Notes: generated by a model from the sequence alone, not told the origin. Shown: positions 37,415-47,345, counted from the stretch's first letter. The stretch: 51,213 nt of DNA from an uncultured bacterium (GCA_964619725.1 CAZUFC010000058.1:1-51213), one strand, 5' to 3'. A program made the numbers and translations.

Positions 37415-38734
37415 CTAATCCTTCCGCCGCGGCGCCTTATCGTCCGCTCTGGCCCGGAAACAATTATTTTTCGCTTCGACAAGCCGCCAGCGCTGAAGCT
37501 TCCTGGAAGAATCTACATCCCGGTCTAAACATTTCATATGTATATAATTATCGGACAATCCCCGTGGATGACCATTACCGCCATTGAGCAAAACGACCTG
37601 CAGGGAACGATCAAGAAACCTGGTGACGTAAGCCTCTCTCTTTTTATCGGACAATTCTCTTAGCAACGCGCTTCTTCTTTTCTTTTCACGGTCGTCCACA
37701 TCGTCCTTCAGAAAACAGGCGGCCGTGCCTGAGCGGGGCGAATATGAGAAAACATGAAAATAAGCAACCGGCGTTCTGGTTAAAAAATCCAGCGTCTCCT
37801 GGAAATGCTTCTCCTTTTCACCCGGAAAACCGATAATTACATCCGTTCCAATGCATATTCCCGGAACGGCATTCGCCGCTTCCCATATTTTTTTCTCCAT
37901 TTCCTCAACGTCGCAGTTACGGTTCATCTTTTCCAATATCTCGGCCGATCCGCTCTGCACAGGCAAATGCAGATGTCGACATATTCTTTGTTCGGATGAG
38001 ATCAGTTCCAATAATTCCCGACTCGTTTCCGCCGGTTCGATCGAGCCCAACCTGAACCTGTGCCGTTTATCCGATTGAAGAAGCCGCTTCAACAAACCGC
38101 ATAGACTGATATGATATTGATCTTGTCCGTAGGAGCCCAAATGTATTCCGTTCAGAACGACTTCCCCACAGTCCTTCCAACGATGAAGCGCTTTTTCGAT
38201 TTTTTCCGGTGAGATCGAATGACGGCGTCCACGGACCTTGGGAACGATACAATAAGAACACCAGGCTTCGCAACCGTCCTGAACTTTGAGGAAAGCCCTG
38301 CTGCGCGATCCTTGCTTCCGCAAGGCATAATCTTCGTCTGGAGTTTTTTTGAATTGAAGGTTTTTATAAATGTGCGGTTCGTATTCTCTGAATAATTCTC
38401 GGCAGGCTCCCCACAAATCTCTTTTTTCTTCATTGCCCCATACCGCCGCCACGTTCGGCAATTCCTCCAAATCCTCCGGGGCCCTTACCCCATAGCATCC
38501 CAGGGCGACTATTCTCACGCCGGGATTCTTTCTGGCCGCCCTCCTTATCGTTTTTCTGGAATCGCGGTCCGCCCGGTGAGTCACCGTGCATGTATTGACG
38601 AAAACCCAGTCGGAGCGATGAAGATTCGAAGCCGCTGTCAGGCCTTGTCTTAACAATACATCGAACAATTCGGCGGATTCTGCCTGATTTACTTTGCAAC
38701 CTATTGTCAATACGCAAAATGTGGGCATAATCAA
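37415..38734 (-). CDS. mtaB: tRNA t6A37 methylthiotransferase MtaB
   Basis: TIGCKVNQAES, VNTCTVT..AD, GCY; radical SAM RAFLKVQDGCEAWCSYCIVP; HLHLPVQSGS; DVIIGFPGE; HVFSYSPRSGT. Confidence 0.93.
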   Translation of the reverse strand: MIMPTFCVLTIGCKVNQAESAELFDVLLRQGLTAASNLHRSDWVFVNTCTVTHRADRDSRKTIRRAARKNPGVRIVALGCYGVRAPEDLEELPNVAAVWGNEEKRDLWGACRELFREYEPHIYKNLQFKKTPDEDYALRKQGSRSRAFLKVQDGCEAWCSYCIVPKVRGRRHSISPEKIEKALHRWKDCGEVVLNGIHLGSYGQDQYHISLCGLLKRLLQSDKRHRFRLGSIEPAETSRELLELISSEQRICRHLHLPVQSGSAEILEKMNRNCDVEEMEKKIWEAANAVPGICIGTDVIIGFPGEKEKHFQETLDFLTRTPVAYFHVFSYSPRSGTAACFLKDDVDDREKKRRSALLRELSDKKREAYVTRFLDRSLQVVLLNGGNGHPRGLSDNYIHMKCLDRDVDSSRKLQRWRLVEAKNNCFRARADDKAPRRKD

Positions 38735-39762
38735 CTTTTTTTGGATCGTATCGATTTCAAAGCGCGTGACGCCTCATCACGTATCTCTTCATCCAAATCG
38801 CTCAACAATGCTGTAAGGAGCCTTTCGCTTAACTGCGGCCTTTTTTCCGCCCAGTCCCGTGAAATGGCAATGATCGTTTTTATGACCCCTACATCCAGGA
38901 TATCCGTATCTCCCGCCAGTTGATCGAATAAAGCCAGACAACGTTCAGGAAACAGATCGGCCAGATGCTTGAAACTTTCTGCTGCAGTCTGCGATACGGC
39001 AGGAACCAAATCCATGGCTAAACGACCAAGCATCTCCAACGCCGTTAAAATGCACTGCGGCTGAACGTTTCTGAGCGAAAAAGCTATCGATTGACGAATG
39101 CTCCAACGCGAATCGTTCATCATCCGCCTCAACACAGCAAGCGCGGACTCCGAACAGTAAGGCATATAAAGGTTCAAGGCCTGGGCTGAACTGAACCGTA
39201 TCGACGAATAAACGTCAACGGATAAACGATCTAAAATGGCTACTGATATTCCGTTATCCGTAATTCTATGCTCTGCCAGGGCCCGCGCGCATATTTCCCG
39301 TAATCTGCGATCCTCATCAAATGACCACGTCATCAATATCTCAACTACCTGCGGACCCTTTTTCCTTCCTAATCCCGCAACAGTCTCTGCCACCGTTCGC
39401 CTTATCTCTGGATATTGATCCTTACCCAGTTTCTCCAAAAGCTGCATCCCCGCATCGATCGCCTTCTCCCCAAACCTCGATATGGACGCACACATTATCT
39501 TCTTCGTCAGAAAATCGTCTATATACAATATATCCAGAACTGCCATGGATTCATCAGGCGCTGCCTCACCTAACTCGCCCAGCAACTCAATGAAACGGTT
39601 CCTCGTATCGTAATCCAGATTCTGAATCACCAGATTACGCCTGCATGTATCGTTTCCTCTGCACATACATATATTCTGGAATAATCGCTTCTCAAATGCA
39701 GATAGACGCGAAGTCTTCTCGATCTCACGCGCAAGCTCCGGAAATCCCCCCACAGTCTTCAT
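38731..39762 (-). CDS. HEAT-repeat protein
   Basis: Repeated L..L..D....[I/V]R..[A/V]A..L motifs; 4-nt overlaps with both neighbours. Confidence 0.85.
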   Translation of the reverse strand: MKTVGGFPELAREIEKTSRLSAFEKRLFQNICMCRGNDTCRRNLVIQNLDYDTRNRFIELLGELGEAAPDESMAVLDILYIDDFLTKKIMCASISRFGEKAIDAGMQLLEKLGKDQYPEIRRTVAETVAGLGRKKGPQVVEILMTWSFDEDRRLREICARALAEHRITDNGISVAILDRLSVDVYSSIRFSSAQALNLYMPYCSESALAVLRRMMNDSRWSIRQSIAFSLRNVQPQCILTALEMLGRLAMDLVPAVSQTAAESFKHLADLFPERCLALFDQLAGDTDILDVGVIKTIIAISRDWAEKRPQLSERLLTALLSDLDEEIRDEASRALKSIRSKKS

Positions 39763-40730
39763 CTCGCAATATCCTCTTGCCGCCTGTCTATTAAATAATT
39801 ACTGTATCCTAATGTCTTTAAATAATTCTTGATTTCAGTCGCCGCCTCTGCAAATTCAGCAGCCTTGGTGAATGAATGATAACAATTCGTTACTATCCCT
39901 ATCGATAACGTCATTATCGGAAACTTCTCCGCCCTGCCGCGCCGATTCAACGATAATATGTATCCCCTTTTCCTCGCATCTTCATCATAAAATCGATCAA
40001 TATTCCCGTCGAATTCTCCTATGACCGCACGCGCTATAGGCTCCGCCCTGTCGCAGTCACACAAAAACACAAAATCATCTCCGCCTATATGAACCAACAC
40101 GTTATTCCGGTTCGCTTTCTGGTCGACATTGCGCTTCAGTATCTCCGCCAGAAATATTATCACCCTGTCCCCTGCTTCAAATCCATATTTATCGTTGTAA
40201 GCTTTGAAATTGTCTATGTCGCAAATGGCAAAGGCGAATGTTTGTCCCTTTTGAGTCCGGGATTTTACCTGATGATGAAGAAAATTTATGCCGGGAATGA
40301 GAGTGAGAGGATTCGCCGATAATTCCCGTAACGTTCGTCTTAAATTCGCTTTGACTCGCGCCATAAACGCCTTGTTCCGCGTCGGCTTCACCACAAAATC
40401 ATCAGCCCCGCATTCAAACGCCCTTACTATCTCTTTCGAATTGTCCTGACTCGAATTAATAATCACAGGAATGTTCAGTGTCTCATGCCCCGATTTTAAA
40501 AACTTTAAGGACTGAAAATTCTCTTTCTTCAACATCGAATAATTCATTAAAATTAAATCCGGCTTCCCCTCCATAGCATATTCCACCGCATCCTTACCGC
40601 TGTCTGCCGCCGCAACGGCATACCCGGCTCTCTCCAGTATCGACTTTATCTCCTCAGCTTCTTCCACGTCCTTTTCAACGATCAATACCAGCAATCTGTC
40701 GGCTTCATTCTTTTCTGTCGCGTTTTTCAT
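39759..40730 (-). CDS. Receiver-like domain + GGDEF domain protein (atypical: D-to-N phospho-site, GGDDF)
   Basis: REC fold (VLIVEKD, PDLILMNY, IPVII.SS, GADDFVVKP); ANPLT.IPG, DIDNFKAYNDKYGFEAGD, HIGGDDF, MTLSIGIV. Confidence 0.92.
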   Translation of the reverse strand: MKNATEKNEADRLLVLIVEKDVEEAEEIKSILERAGYAVAAADSGKDAVEYAMEGKPDLILMNYSMLKKENFQSLKFLKSGHETLNIPVIINSSQDNSKEIVRAFECGADDFVVKPTRNKAFMARVKANLRRTLRELSANPLTLIPGINFLHHQVKSRTQKGQTFAFAICDIDNFKAYNDKYGFEAGDRVIIFLAEILKRNVDQKANRNNVLVHIGGDDFVFLCDCDRAEPIARAVIGEFDGNIDRFYDEDARKRGYILSLNRRGRAEKFPIMTLSIGIVTNCYHSFTKAAEFAEAATEIKNYLKTLGYSNYLIDRRQEDIAR

Positions 40731-41031
40731 TTTTTTCTATCCGCTTTATGTCCTTGTCCTCAATAAAATCAACGGCGTCGCCCGAAATTCCCCTTCGAAT
40801 TACTCCTCAACATGCAATCCCATTCTTGAATTCAGCCCCAGAGCGTTTATAATAACCGATGCTCGGAAATTTTCCGGGCGGGTCGCCTGAAATACTTTGA
40901 AGAAATTCCGTTTCCGATCATGTTTTCCGGTTACTCTCACAAAATCCATCCAGCAAAGAATTCACATCGGAAGGCCCGTAAGCCGAGTTTATTGTAATGC
41001 ATTTTTCTCCACGAATAAAGTTTTCAAACTG

Positions 41032-42237
41032 ATGAAATCATTACCGCAATCTCTGAAGTTCGCCCTCCAAATGATTATCATCATTATCAGTATTTATTTG
41101 ACCATCAGAGTCGCCGTCGATTATCAGAGCCATATTTTTCTTAAAAAAGGAAAATGGCTCCTCAAACGCAAAGAATTCAACGGAGCCGCTCATTTCATAA
41201 ATAAAACCCTGGAAATCCGGCCGGAATGGGGAGAAGCGCTGATCTACATGGGGCGAGTTCATGCCCTGACGGGCCAGTATGACAAAGCCCTGGACTATTT
41301 CGAGAGGGCTTCCCGAAGCGCCAAAGATTTCCTGCTCAACCTTTATACCGGTTACGCACTCGAAAAAGCCGGCAAATACGAAGAGGCTCTTGAAGAGTAC
41401 GACAAGGGTTTGACCTATTCACCCGTTTATGAACCCCTGAGAATTGCCAAGGCCGACCTTCTTTATAATATGGCGCTTCAGATTATGAGCAAGTCAGAAG
41501 GTAAAAACCCATCAGGAAAACAACTACGATTCGGACCCTTTGAATTCGAGGAAAAAAATGTAAATCAGGCTTTGGAAAAAATCACCGAAGCCGGAAAACT
41601 GAAAACGGAATTTTCGAATTATTATTTTTTATCCGGCGCACTCCGAATCATAAAAGGAAACCTCGACGCCGGATTAAGCGATCTGATTCAAGGATTGAAA
41701 AGGAATCCTTTTGATTTAAACGGCTTGCTTTGGCTGGCCAGAAGCCTTCATTATTTGAATCTGGCAGATTATTCCGCCAGGATATACTCAATAGTTTTCT
41801 CTTTGACGCCCGATACACAGGAAGCCTTTCTCGCCGATCTGTCACAGGAAATAAGCATCCTGGCTGATAATTTCGATTCCTGGGATAAACAAAGAAATTT
41901 TAAACTTCTTCACTGGAGAATCCTCAATCAAACCGGGAAAAACTCTCGCGTTTCCGATGAAATCAGTGCGCTCCAGCCGTCCCTCCTGCAAAATGATCCG
42001 GAAATTTTACTCATTAAAGCCGAATCGTCGTATCATCAGGAGAGAATAGAGGAGGCGGCAAAAATAATAAAAGATTTGCTTGAAGTAATGCCCGATAATA
42101 TGCGACTGCTTGAAATGGCGACGACTTCCCGGATTATTTCAGTACTGGGCGAAACGAAAGCCATAAAAAAAGCGCGTGAATCCTTCTGGAACAACACGCC
42201 ATCCACATTCAGACGATCACCCGTTTTCATCAATTAA
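41032..42237 (+). CDS. Membrane-anchored TPR protein
   Basis: One N-terminal TM helix followed by TPR motifs (A..YMGRVH..TGQYDKALDYFERA; G.ALEKAGKYEEALEEYDKGL...P). ATG 41032 preferred to TTG 40897. Confidence 0.85.
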   Translation: MKSLPQSLKFALQMIIIIISIYLTIRVAVDYQSHIFLKKGKWLLKRKEFNGAAHFINKTLEIRPEWGEALIYMGRVHALTGQYDKALDYFERASRSAKDFLLNLYTGYALEKAGKYEEALEEYDKGLTYSPVYEPLRIAKADLLYNMALQIMSKSEGKNPSGKQLRFGPFEFEEKNVNQALEKITEAGKLKTEFSNYYFLSGALRIIKGNLDAGLSDLIQGLKRNPFDLNGLLWLARSLHYLNLADYSARIYSIVFSLTPDTQEAFLADLSQEISILADNFDSWDKQRNFKLLHWRILNQTGKNSRVSDEISALQPSLLQNDPEILLIKAESSYHQERIEEAAKIIKDLLEVMPDNMRLLEMATTSRIISVLGETKAIKKARESFWNNTPSTFRRSPVFIN

Positions 42238-42242
42238 CGATT

Positions 42243-43562
42243 ATGCGGCTGAACAGGCAAAAAATACTGCTTTATTCCATCCGGCTGATATTCTGGATTC
42301 TGTTCTTTCTGGGCCCGCTGATTTTCGATCGGGATGCCGAAGAAATTCTGAGGGTACCCAAGGAATATTTCCATCTGGGGCTATTAATCCCGGCGCTTGG
42401 ATTATGGATCGCTTTAAAGTTGGAGGAAGGGAAATTTTACATCGTCTGGACGCGATTTCATACTTTTCTGGTTTTGTTCGGAATATGGGGCGTAATCTCC
42501 GCCTTATATTCCACAGTTCCGGCAATCAGCCGCCATTCACTCCGCAATTTGATCGTATACATTCCGGCCTGTTTTATTTTCATGGATACGACCCGGGAAA
42601 AGAAAAACATACTCGCCTACGGCGCGGCAGTTTTTTTCGCCACGGTTATTTCTTCGCTGTACAGCATTATTCAGTATTACGGATTTGATCCCATCTTCGA
42701 ACCAATTGACGTGAAATACAGCGGCAGATGGCTGGCGGGCGCCTTTATCGGTCAGGCCACTCTTTTCGGGGGATACCTGGCTGCAGCCATCCCCCTGCTC
42801 ATGGCATTATTCATACTGGTCCGCAAACGTTTCATAAAATATTGCCTCATCTTCGGCATAATCATCAGTCTGCTGTCTCTTCTATGCACGCACACCAGGG
42901 CCGTTTTCCTGGGTATGGGCATATCCTTCGCGTATGTTTTGTTCCTCATGAGGCTTAAAATTAATAATCTCTACAAACGGCAAAAAAGGATTATCATTTT
43001 GTTTATGTTGGGCGGTCTGATGATAATCGTACCCTTCGTCATTCTTAATCCGACCATAGGCGAAAGGGTGGCCAAGATCAGTCAATTGCAGTCCGATTCC
43101 ATTGGGGGCCGTGTCTGGTATACGCGGGTCATGGCTGACATGATTCGCGACAAACCCGTGCTGGGATTCGGGCTGGGGACGTTTCAGCATCACTACTATG
43201 AATATCATTCGGATTTGATGCGCAGAGGTTCTCGATTACGCGCCTACGTCACAAAGATAGTAACGCATGCGCATAATGAGTATCTCCAGGTCTTCGTCGA
43301 AACCGGCGCTGTGGGATTTATTCTTCTGGCGGCCGCATTCGTTTTTTATTTCAGATATGCAATCCTCATGCTGAATTATATTAAAAATGAAAAGAAACGT
43401 CTGTTCTGCCTGATCCTGAGCGGCGCGGCCGCCGTGCTGGCCGTCGATGCAGGCTTCAGTTTTCCATTTCATATCGCTCCTTCCGCTTTTTTAGGTATAG
43501 CTGTAGTTGGAATAAACTTCAGTTGGTACCTGACCTCCGAAGCGCCAGATGAAAACAGCTAA
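42243..43562 (+). CDS. O-antigen ligase / O-oligosaccharyltransferase (Wzy_C) family membrane protein
   Basis: About 12 TM helices; T.TRA.FLG, S..GR..Y......MI.DKP.LGFGLGTF, HAHNEYLQ..VETG.VG, FSFPFH. Confidence 0.92.
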   Translation: MRLNRQKILLYSIRLIFWILFFLGPLIFDRDAEEILRVPKEYFHLGLLIPALGLWIALKLEEGKFYIVWTRFHTFLVLFGIWGVISALYSTVPAISRHSLRNLIVYIPACFIFMDTTREKKNILAYGAAVFFATVISSLYSIIQYYGFDPIFEPIDVKYSGRWLAGAFIGQATLFGGYLAAAIPLLMALFILVRKRFIKYCLIFGIIISLLSLLCTHTRAVFLGMGISFAYVLFLMRLKINNLYKRQKRIIILFMLGGLMIIVPFVILNPTIGERVAKISQLQSDSIGGRVWYTRVMADMIRDKPVLGFGLGTFQHHYYEYHSDLMRRGSRLRAYVTKIVTHAHNEYLQVFVETGAVGFILLAAAFVFYFRYAILMLNYIKNEKKRLFCLILSGAAAVLAVDAGFSFPFHIAPSAFLGIAVVGINFSWYLTSEAPDENS

Positions 43563-44982
43563 AATCAAATTTGCGACAGCTTCCTCCCTATACCCGCTCT
43601 TCGACCTCATTATAATTAATTTCGTATTTTTATTTTTGTGGGGATTGCAGACGGAAAGCCTCCCCTTCTGGAGTCGCATCGATCCTCACTCCAAAAACGC
43701 ACTGTTTCTTCTCAACGTTATTTTCGCCGGAGCATTCACTGCCGCCGGAGCATATCGAAAATTGTTCCGGTCTTCTCTCGCTTATCGTCTGATTACCCTT
43801 ATTCAGGGTTCTCTCCTCAGCATCATCCTCTTGATCTCACTTTTCGCAGCAACCGATTTACCCTTGCCCAGCGGTTTTTTTCTTCCTGTCTACATGGGCG
43901 CAACCCTGATTTTTCTCGCTGCTTTCCGCATCATCATGAAAGATGTGGAAAATTTTCTGAAAAACAAAGGCATCGGTCGCTACCGCACACTTCTCTCGGG
44001 ACTTTCCGACGATACTATAAATATCTTTCAGAGAATTGAAAACAATCCTGATCTGGCTTACGACGTTACCGGCTTTCTGGCCATGGAACAGGAATACGAC
44101 CTCTCCAGACTGAGGAAAAACTTCGGTATAAATTTGCCCGTCTATACCCTGTCGGATGATTGGGAGGAAATATTTGAAAAAGAAAAACCGGATAAAGTGC
44201 TGCTTCCCATGACAGAATCAGTCCATAACAGGCTGCCCGTTGGATTCATCAATTTCTGCAGCAGAAAAGGCGTTGAAGTCAAAGAGGCCGCTCCACCCAA
44301 TAGAATCAGGGTCGGAGAAACGCGAGTGCAGGATATACTCGGCGTGCCGCTCGTTATTCAGAAATCACGTAACCTGCGGAGGATTAATGAACGGGTAAAA
44401 AGAATAATCGACTTCTGCCTTTCTTTCATTGCCGTCGTTCTGCTCTCGCCGCTCCTGGCGCTCATAGCTGCAGCCGTTAAACTCGATTCCCCCGGCCCCG
44501 TTTTTTTTCTTCAGAAAAGACTCACCAAAAACGAACGGGAATTCAACATCGTTAAATTCCGGTCCATGTTCCGGGATGCGGAACAAAGACTGGAAAAATA
44601 CAAAAAGCTCAACGAGGCGCAGGGACCCATATTTAAAATTAAAAAAGACCCCAGGATCACCAGAGTCGGCGCTGTTCTCCGGCGACTCAGCCTGGACGAA
44701 TTACCTCAGCTTTTCAACGTGATTAAAGGCGATCTGAGTCTGGTGGGCCCCAGACCGCCCATACCGGAAGAAGTCGAAAAATATGAACCCTGGCACAAGA
44801 AGCGTTTGCAGGTGGTACAGGGAATGACAGGCCTTTGGCAGATCAGCGGCAGATCGGACTTGAATTTTGAGGAAATGGTTCTGCTCGATATTTATTATAT
44901 TGAAAACTGGTCCATTTTGCTGGACATTGAAATTATTCTGGATACCATTCCCTCGGTTATCTCAGCTCGGGGAGCCTACTGA
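43549..44982 (+). CDS. Polyprenyl-phosphate glycosylphosphotransferase (WcaJ/WbaP-like priming sugar transferase)
   Basis: KRIIDF, VKLDSPGPVFF.Q.R, KFRSM, DPRITRVG..LRRLSLDELPQL.NV.KGD.SLVGPRP, GMTGLWQISGRS, D.YYIENWS..LD. Confidence 0.96.
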   Translation: MKTAKIKFATASSLYPLFDLIIINFVFLFLWGLQTESLPFWSRIDPHSKNALFLLNVIFAGAFTAAGAYRKLFRSSLAYRLITLIQGSLLSIILLISLFAATDLPLPSGFFLPVYMGATLIFLAAFRIIMKDVENFLKNKGIGRYRTLLSGLSDDTINIFQRIENNPDLAYDVTGFLAMEQEYDLSRLRKNFGINLPVYTLSDDWEEIFEKEKPDKVLLPMTESVHNRLPVGFINFCSRKGVEVKEAAPPNRIRVGETRVQDILGVPLVIQKSRNLRRINERVKRIIDFCLSFIAVVLLSPLLALIAAAVKLDSPGPVFFLQKRLTKNEREFNIVKFRSMFRDAEQRLEKYKKLNEAQGPIFKIKKDPRITRVGAVLRRLSLDELPQLFNVIKGDLSLVGPRPPIPEEVEKYEPWHKKRLQVVQGMTGLWQISGRSDLNFEEMVLLDIYYIENWSILLDIEIILDTIPSVISARGAY

Positions 44983-46022
44983 TGAAACCCAAACTGCAAA
45001 TCAACGCCGAAACAAAGGATAATAACAAAAAAAAAGAAAAGTACCTTTTGACGGCATGCCTTTTATTCCTGAATCTTATACTGCCGCCGGAACATTCGCC
45101 GCAGGCCGCTGCAGAAACCGGATCAAGCAAAACCGCGGCAGTCGAAACTTTTATTCATGCCTATCCGCCGGTCGAATTCATCGGACTGGATATGAACGTT
45201 GCTCCCCTGGCATGCGGCGAATCCAAAAAAATGGTTCTATACTGGCGCAGTTTCGATCCGCTCGATACCGCATTTCATTACAGATTCGTCCTCAAAAATC
45301 CTCAATCAGTTTCTCATACTTCCTTTCATCCTCAAATGATAATGCTGAAGGCTGAACGCGCCGGCATCTCCATTAAGACTCCCGTAATATTCAAGCCTCC
45401 GTTAAAAATCGCTCCCGGACCTCATCAGCTTTTTCTCGAACCTTTCCAGAACATTCCGAATTCCCATCAAAGGACTGAATCAGAAAGCTTTTATCAAATT
45501 TATCTTGGCCCTGTCGAAATTAAACCGTGCTTTTTTGATGCGAAAACGGACGACCAAGCATTACGTCAAACTTTCGGACCTGACATTGCCCCTTTAAATA
45601 AAGGCATTGTCCTGGGGCCTCCGGGCATTGAAGCGATGACTGAATTGAACCTGGAAAGATCATATTCACATATTGGAATACTTACCGTTATGGAGACCGC
45701 CGGCGATATTCCCCAGGGAATGCCCGTCGCCTCTCTTCAAGTGTCCGGCCGTGACGGCAACAGCGAGACGCTGCTGATCAGGGCCGGAGTTCATACTCAG
45801 CAGGGATACGGCCGAGCGGGTTCCGAAGGATCGAAAATCAAACATGCCGGCGCCAGAAAAGCCGCTTATTTTCACGATCAGGATAATCAACGTTCTGATT
45901 ATCCTCAACTTTTCTATGCCGAGCTGCCTCTCCCCGGCAATATGATTCCGGAAAATATCAAATTGACCTACCTGAGCGATATCGGAATCCTCCACGTTCA
46001 GGACATAGTCTTTATCGAATGA
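44982..46022 (+). CDS. Hypothetical exported protein, two beta-sandwich domains of the kind appended to membrane glycosyltransferases
   Basis: Signal-like N-terminus; LYWR...PLD....F.L....IAPG...L.L and QG.PVA.L.V...DG..ET..IRAGVHT motifs. Translationally coupled to the sugar transferase. Confidence 0.65.
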   Translation: MKPKLQINAETKDNNKKKEKYLLTACLLFLNLILPPEHSPQAAAETGSSKTAAVETFIHAYPPVEFIGLDMNVAPLACGESKKMVLYWRSFDPLDTAFHYRFVLKNPQSVSHTSFHPQMIMLKAERAGISIKTPVIFKPPLKIAPGPHQLFLEPFQNIPNSHQRTESESFYQIYLGPVEIKPCFFDAKTDDQALRQTFGPDIAPLNKGIVLGPPGIEAMTELNLERSYSHIGILTVMETAGDIPQGMPVASLQVSGRDGNSETLLIRAGVHTQQGYGRAGSEGSKIKHAGARKAAYFHDQDNQRSDYPQLFYAELPLPGNMIPENIKLTYLSDIGILHVQDIVFIE

Positions 46023-46038
46023 ACAACATGAATCAAAG

Positions 46039-47232
46039 ATGATTAAGACGCTTTCTCCTATGACTTCCGCAGATAATACAATCCAGAAGAAAAATTTATC
46101 CCTTAAAAAAAAGCTGTTATTCTCGTGCATATCCGTCATCGCCTTCTTCGGACTTCTTGAAGCGCTTCTGATCATCATCGGCTATGAAAACGACATCACG
46201 CCGATGACTGTCGAACAGATCGCCAATAAAGACCTGAGAAAAGTCAGAATGACCGAAGATGCGGATATGTTCTGGAAACTGGACGGCAAGGATGAGCCCA
46301 CTGTTTTCCGTTTTGAAAAATACGCGCCCGCACAGCCGTCCCGGTTGCTTCAAAACGCCCCAAAACCCGGCCTTCCAGACAGGAATAAAAAAAGAGGCAT
46401 CTCAACCGTACTGATGCCCCAGGTAGACAGCTTCGTCTTTGAAAGCGCACCGGAAAAGCCCCCCGCAGAAAAGAAACGGCTGATCGCCCTGGGTGACTCC
46501 TGCACTTTCTTCGGCGAACCTTCCTATCCGAAAAGATTGGAAATACTGCTGAATTCAAACGCTGAAACTCAATGGGAGGTTCTCAACGCCGGCGTGCCGG
46601 CTTATTCGAGCTATCAGGGACGAGTATACCTGAATAAAGTCTTGAGCCGGTATAATCCCCATATAATTACCCTCTTTTTCGGATGGAACGACCACTGGAA
46701 AGCTCAATTCGCCCCGGACAAAGTATCGGCTGAAATGAAAAAATCAGCCTGCATCCGAAATATTTTGCTGAAATCACGATTCCTGGGACTGCTTGAAAGT
46801 TTCCTGAGAAAATTCTCATCACCAGGAGAACACTCTTCCGGATCATTCGATTTCAGAGTCTCACCCGACGACTACGCGGAAAACCTCCAGACCATGATCG
46901 AAACGGCCGGAAAAATCGATGCCGTTCCATTCCTGTGTACCGCCCCTTACGGTTTCACCTCCGATGCCCTTCCCTCATACCTGAAAGAAAATGATTACTT
47001 CCCCGATCTCAGTAACTTGATCGAAGTTCACCAAAACTACAACCGGATAGTCAGGGATACGGCGAATAAAAATGAGGCCCCGTTGATCGATCTCGAAAAA
47101 TTCTTCAATCAAAAACAAAATAAAAAGGCTTTCTTCCTGAAAGACGGCATACACTTCTCCGATAAAGGATTACAGACCGCCGCAGAAATAATACATCAAG
47201 TAATCCTCCGGGAATATCCTGCCTTTCATTGA
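46039..47232 (+). CDS. SGNH/GDSL hydrolase family protein, membrane anchored
   Basis: Blocks LGDSCT, NAGVPAYSS, FGWND, DGIHFS; N-terminal TM helix. Confidence 0.92.
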   Translation: MIKTLSPMTSADNTIQKKNLSLKKKLLFSCISVIAFFGLLEALLIIIGYENDITPMTVEQIANKDLRKVRMTEDADMFWKLDGKDEPTVFRFEKYAPAQPSRLLQNAPKPGLPDRNKKRGISTVLMPQVDSFVFESAPEKPPAEKKRLIALGDSCTFFGEPSYPKRLEILLNSNAETQWEVLNAGVPAYSSYQGRVYLNKVLSRYNPHIITLFFGWNDHWKAQFAPDKVSAEMKKSACIRNILLKSRFLGLLESFLRKFSSPGEHSSGSFDFRVSPDDYAENLQTMIETAGKIDAVPFLCTAPYGFTSDALPSYLKENDYFPDLSNLIEVHQNYNRIVRDTANKNEAPLIDLEKFFNQKQNKKAFFLKDGIHFSDKGLQTAAEIIHQVILREYPAFH

Positions 47233-47309
47233 ATAATGAAGAATTTTGCAGTGATCAAAAATACGTCTTTTAAGGTTACGATTCGACGGAATATCCCATC
47301 ATTTTATTT

Positions 47310-47345
47310 CGATTTCGATCGCGATTGCGATACCGACCCCGATTA
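47310..47345. repeat. Degenerate hexamer tandem repeat (CGANNN)x6
   Basis: cgattt cgatcg cgattg cgatac cgaccc cgatta. Confidence 0.8.
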
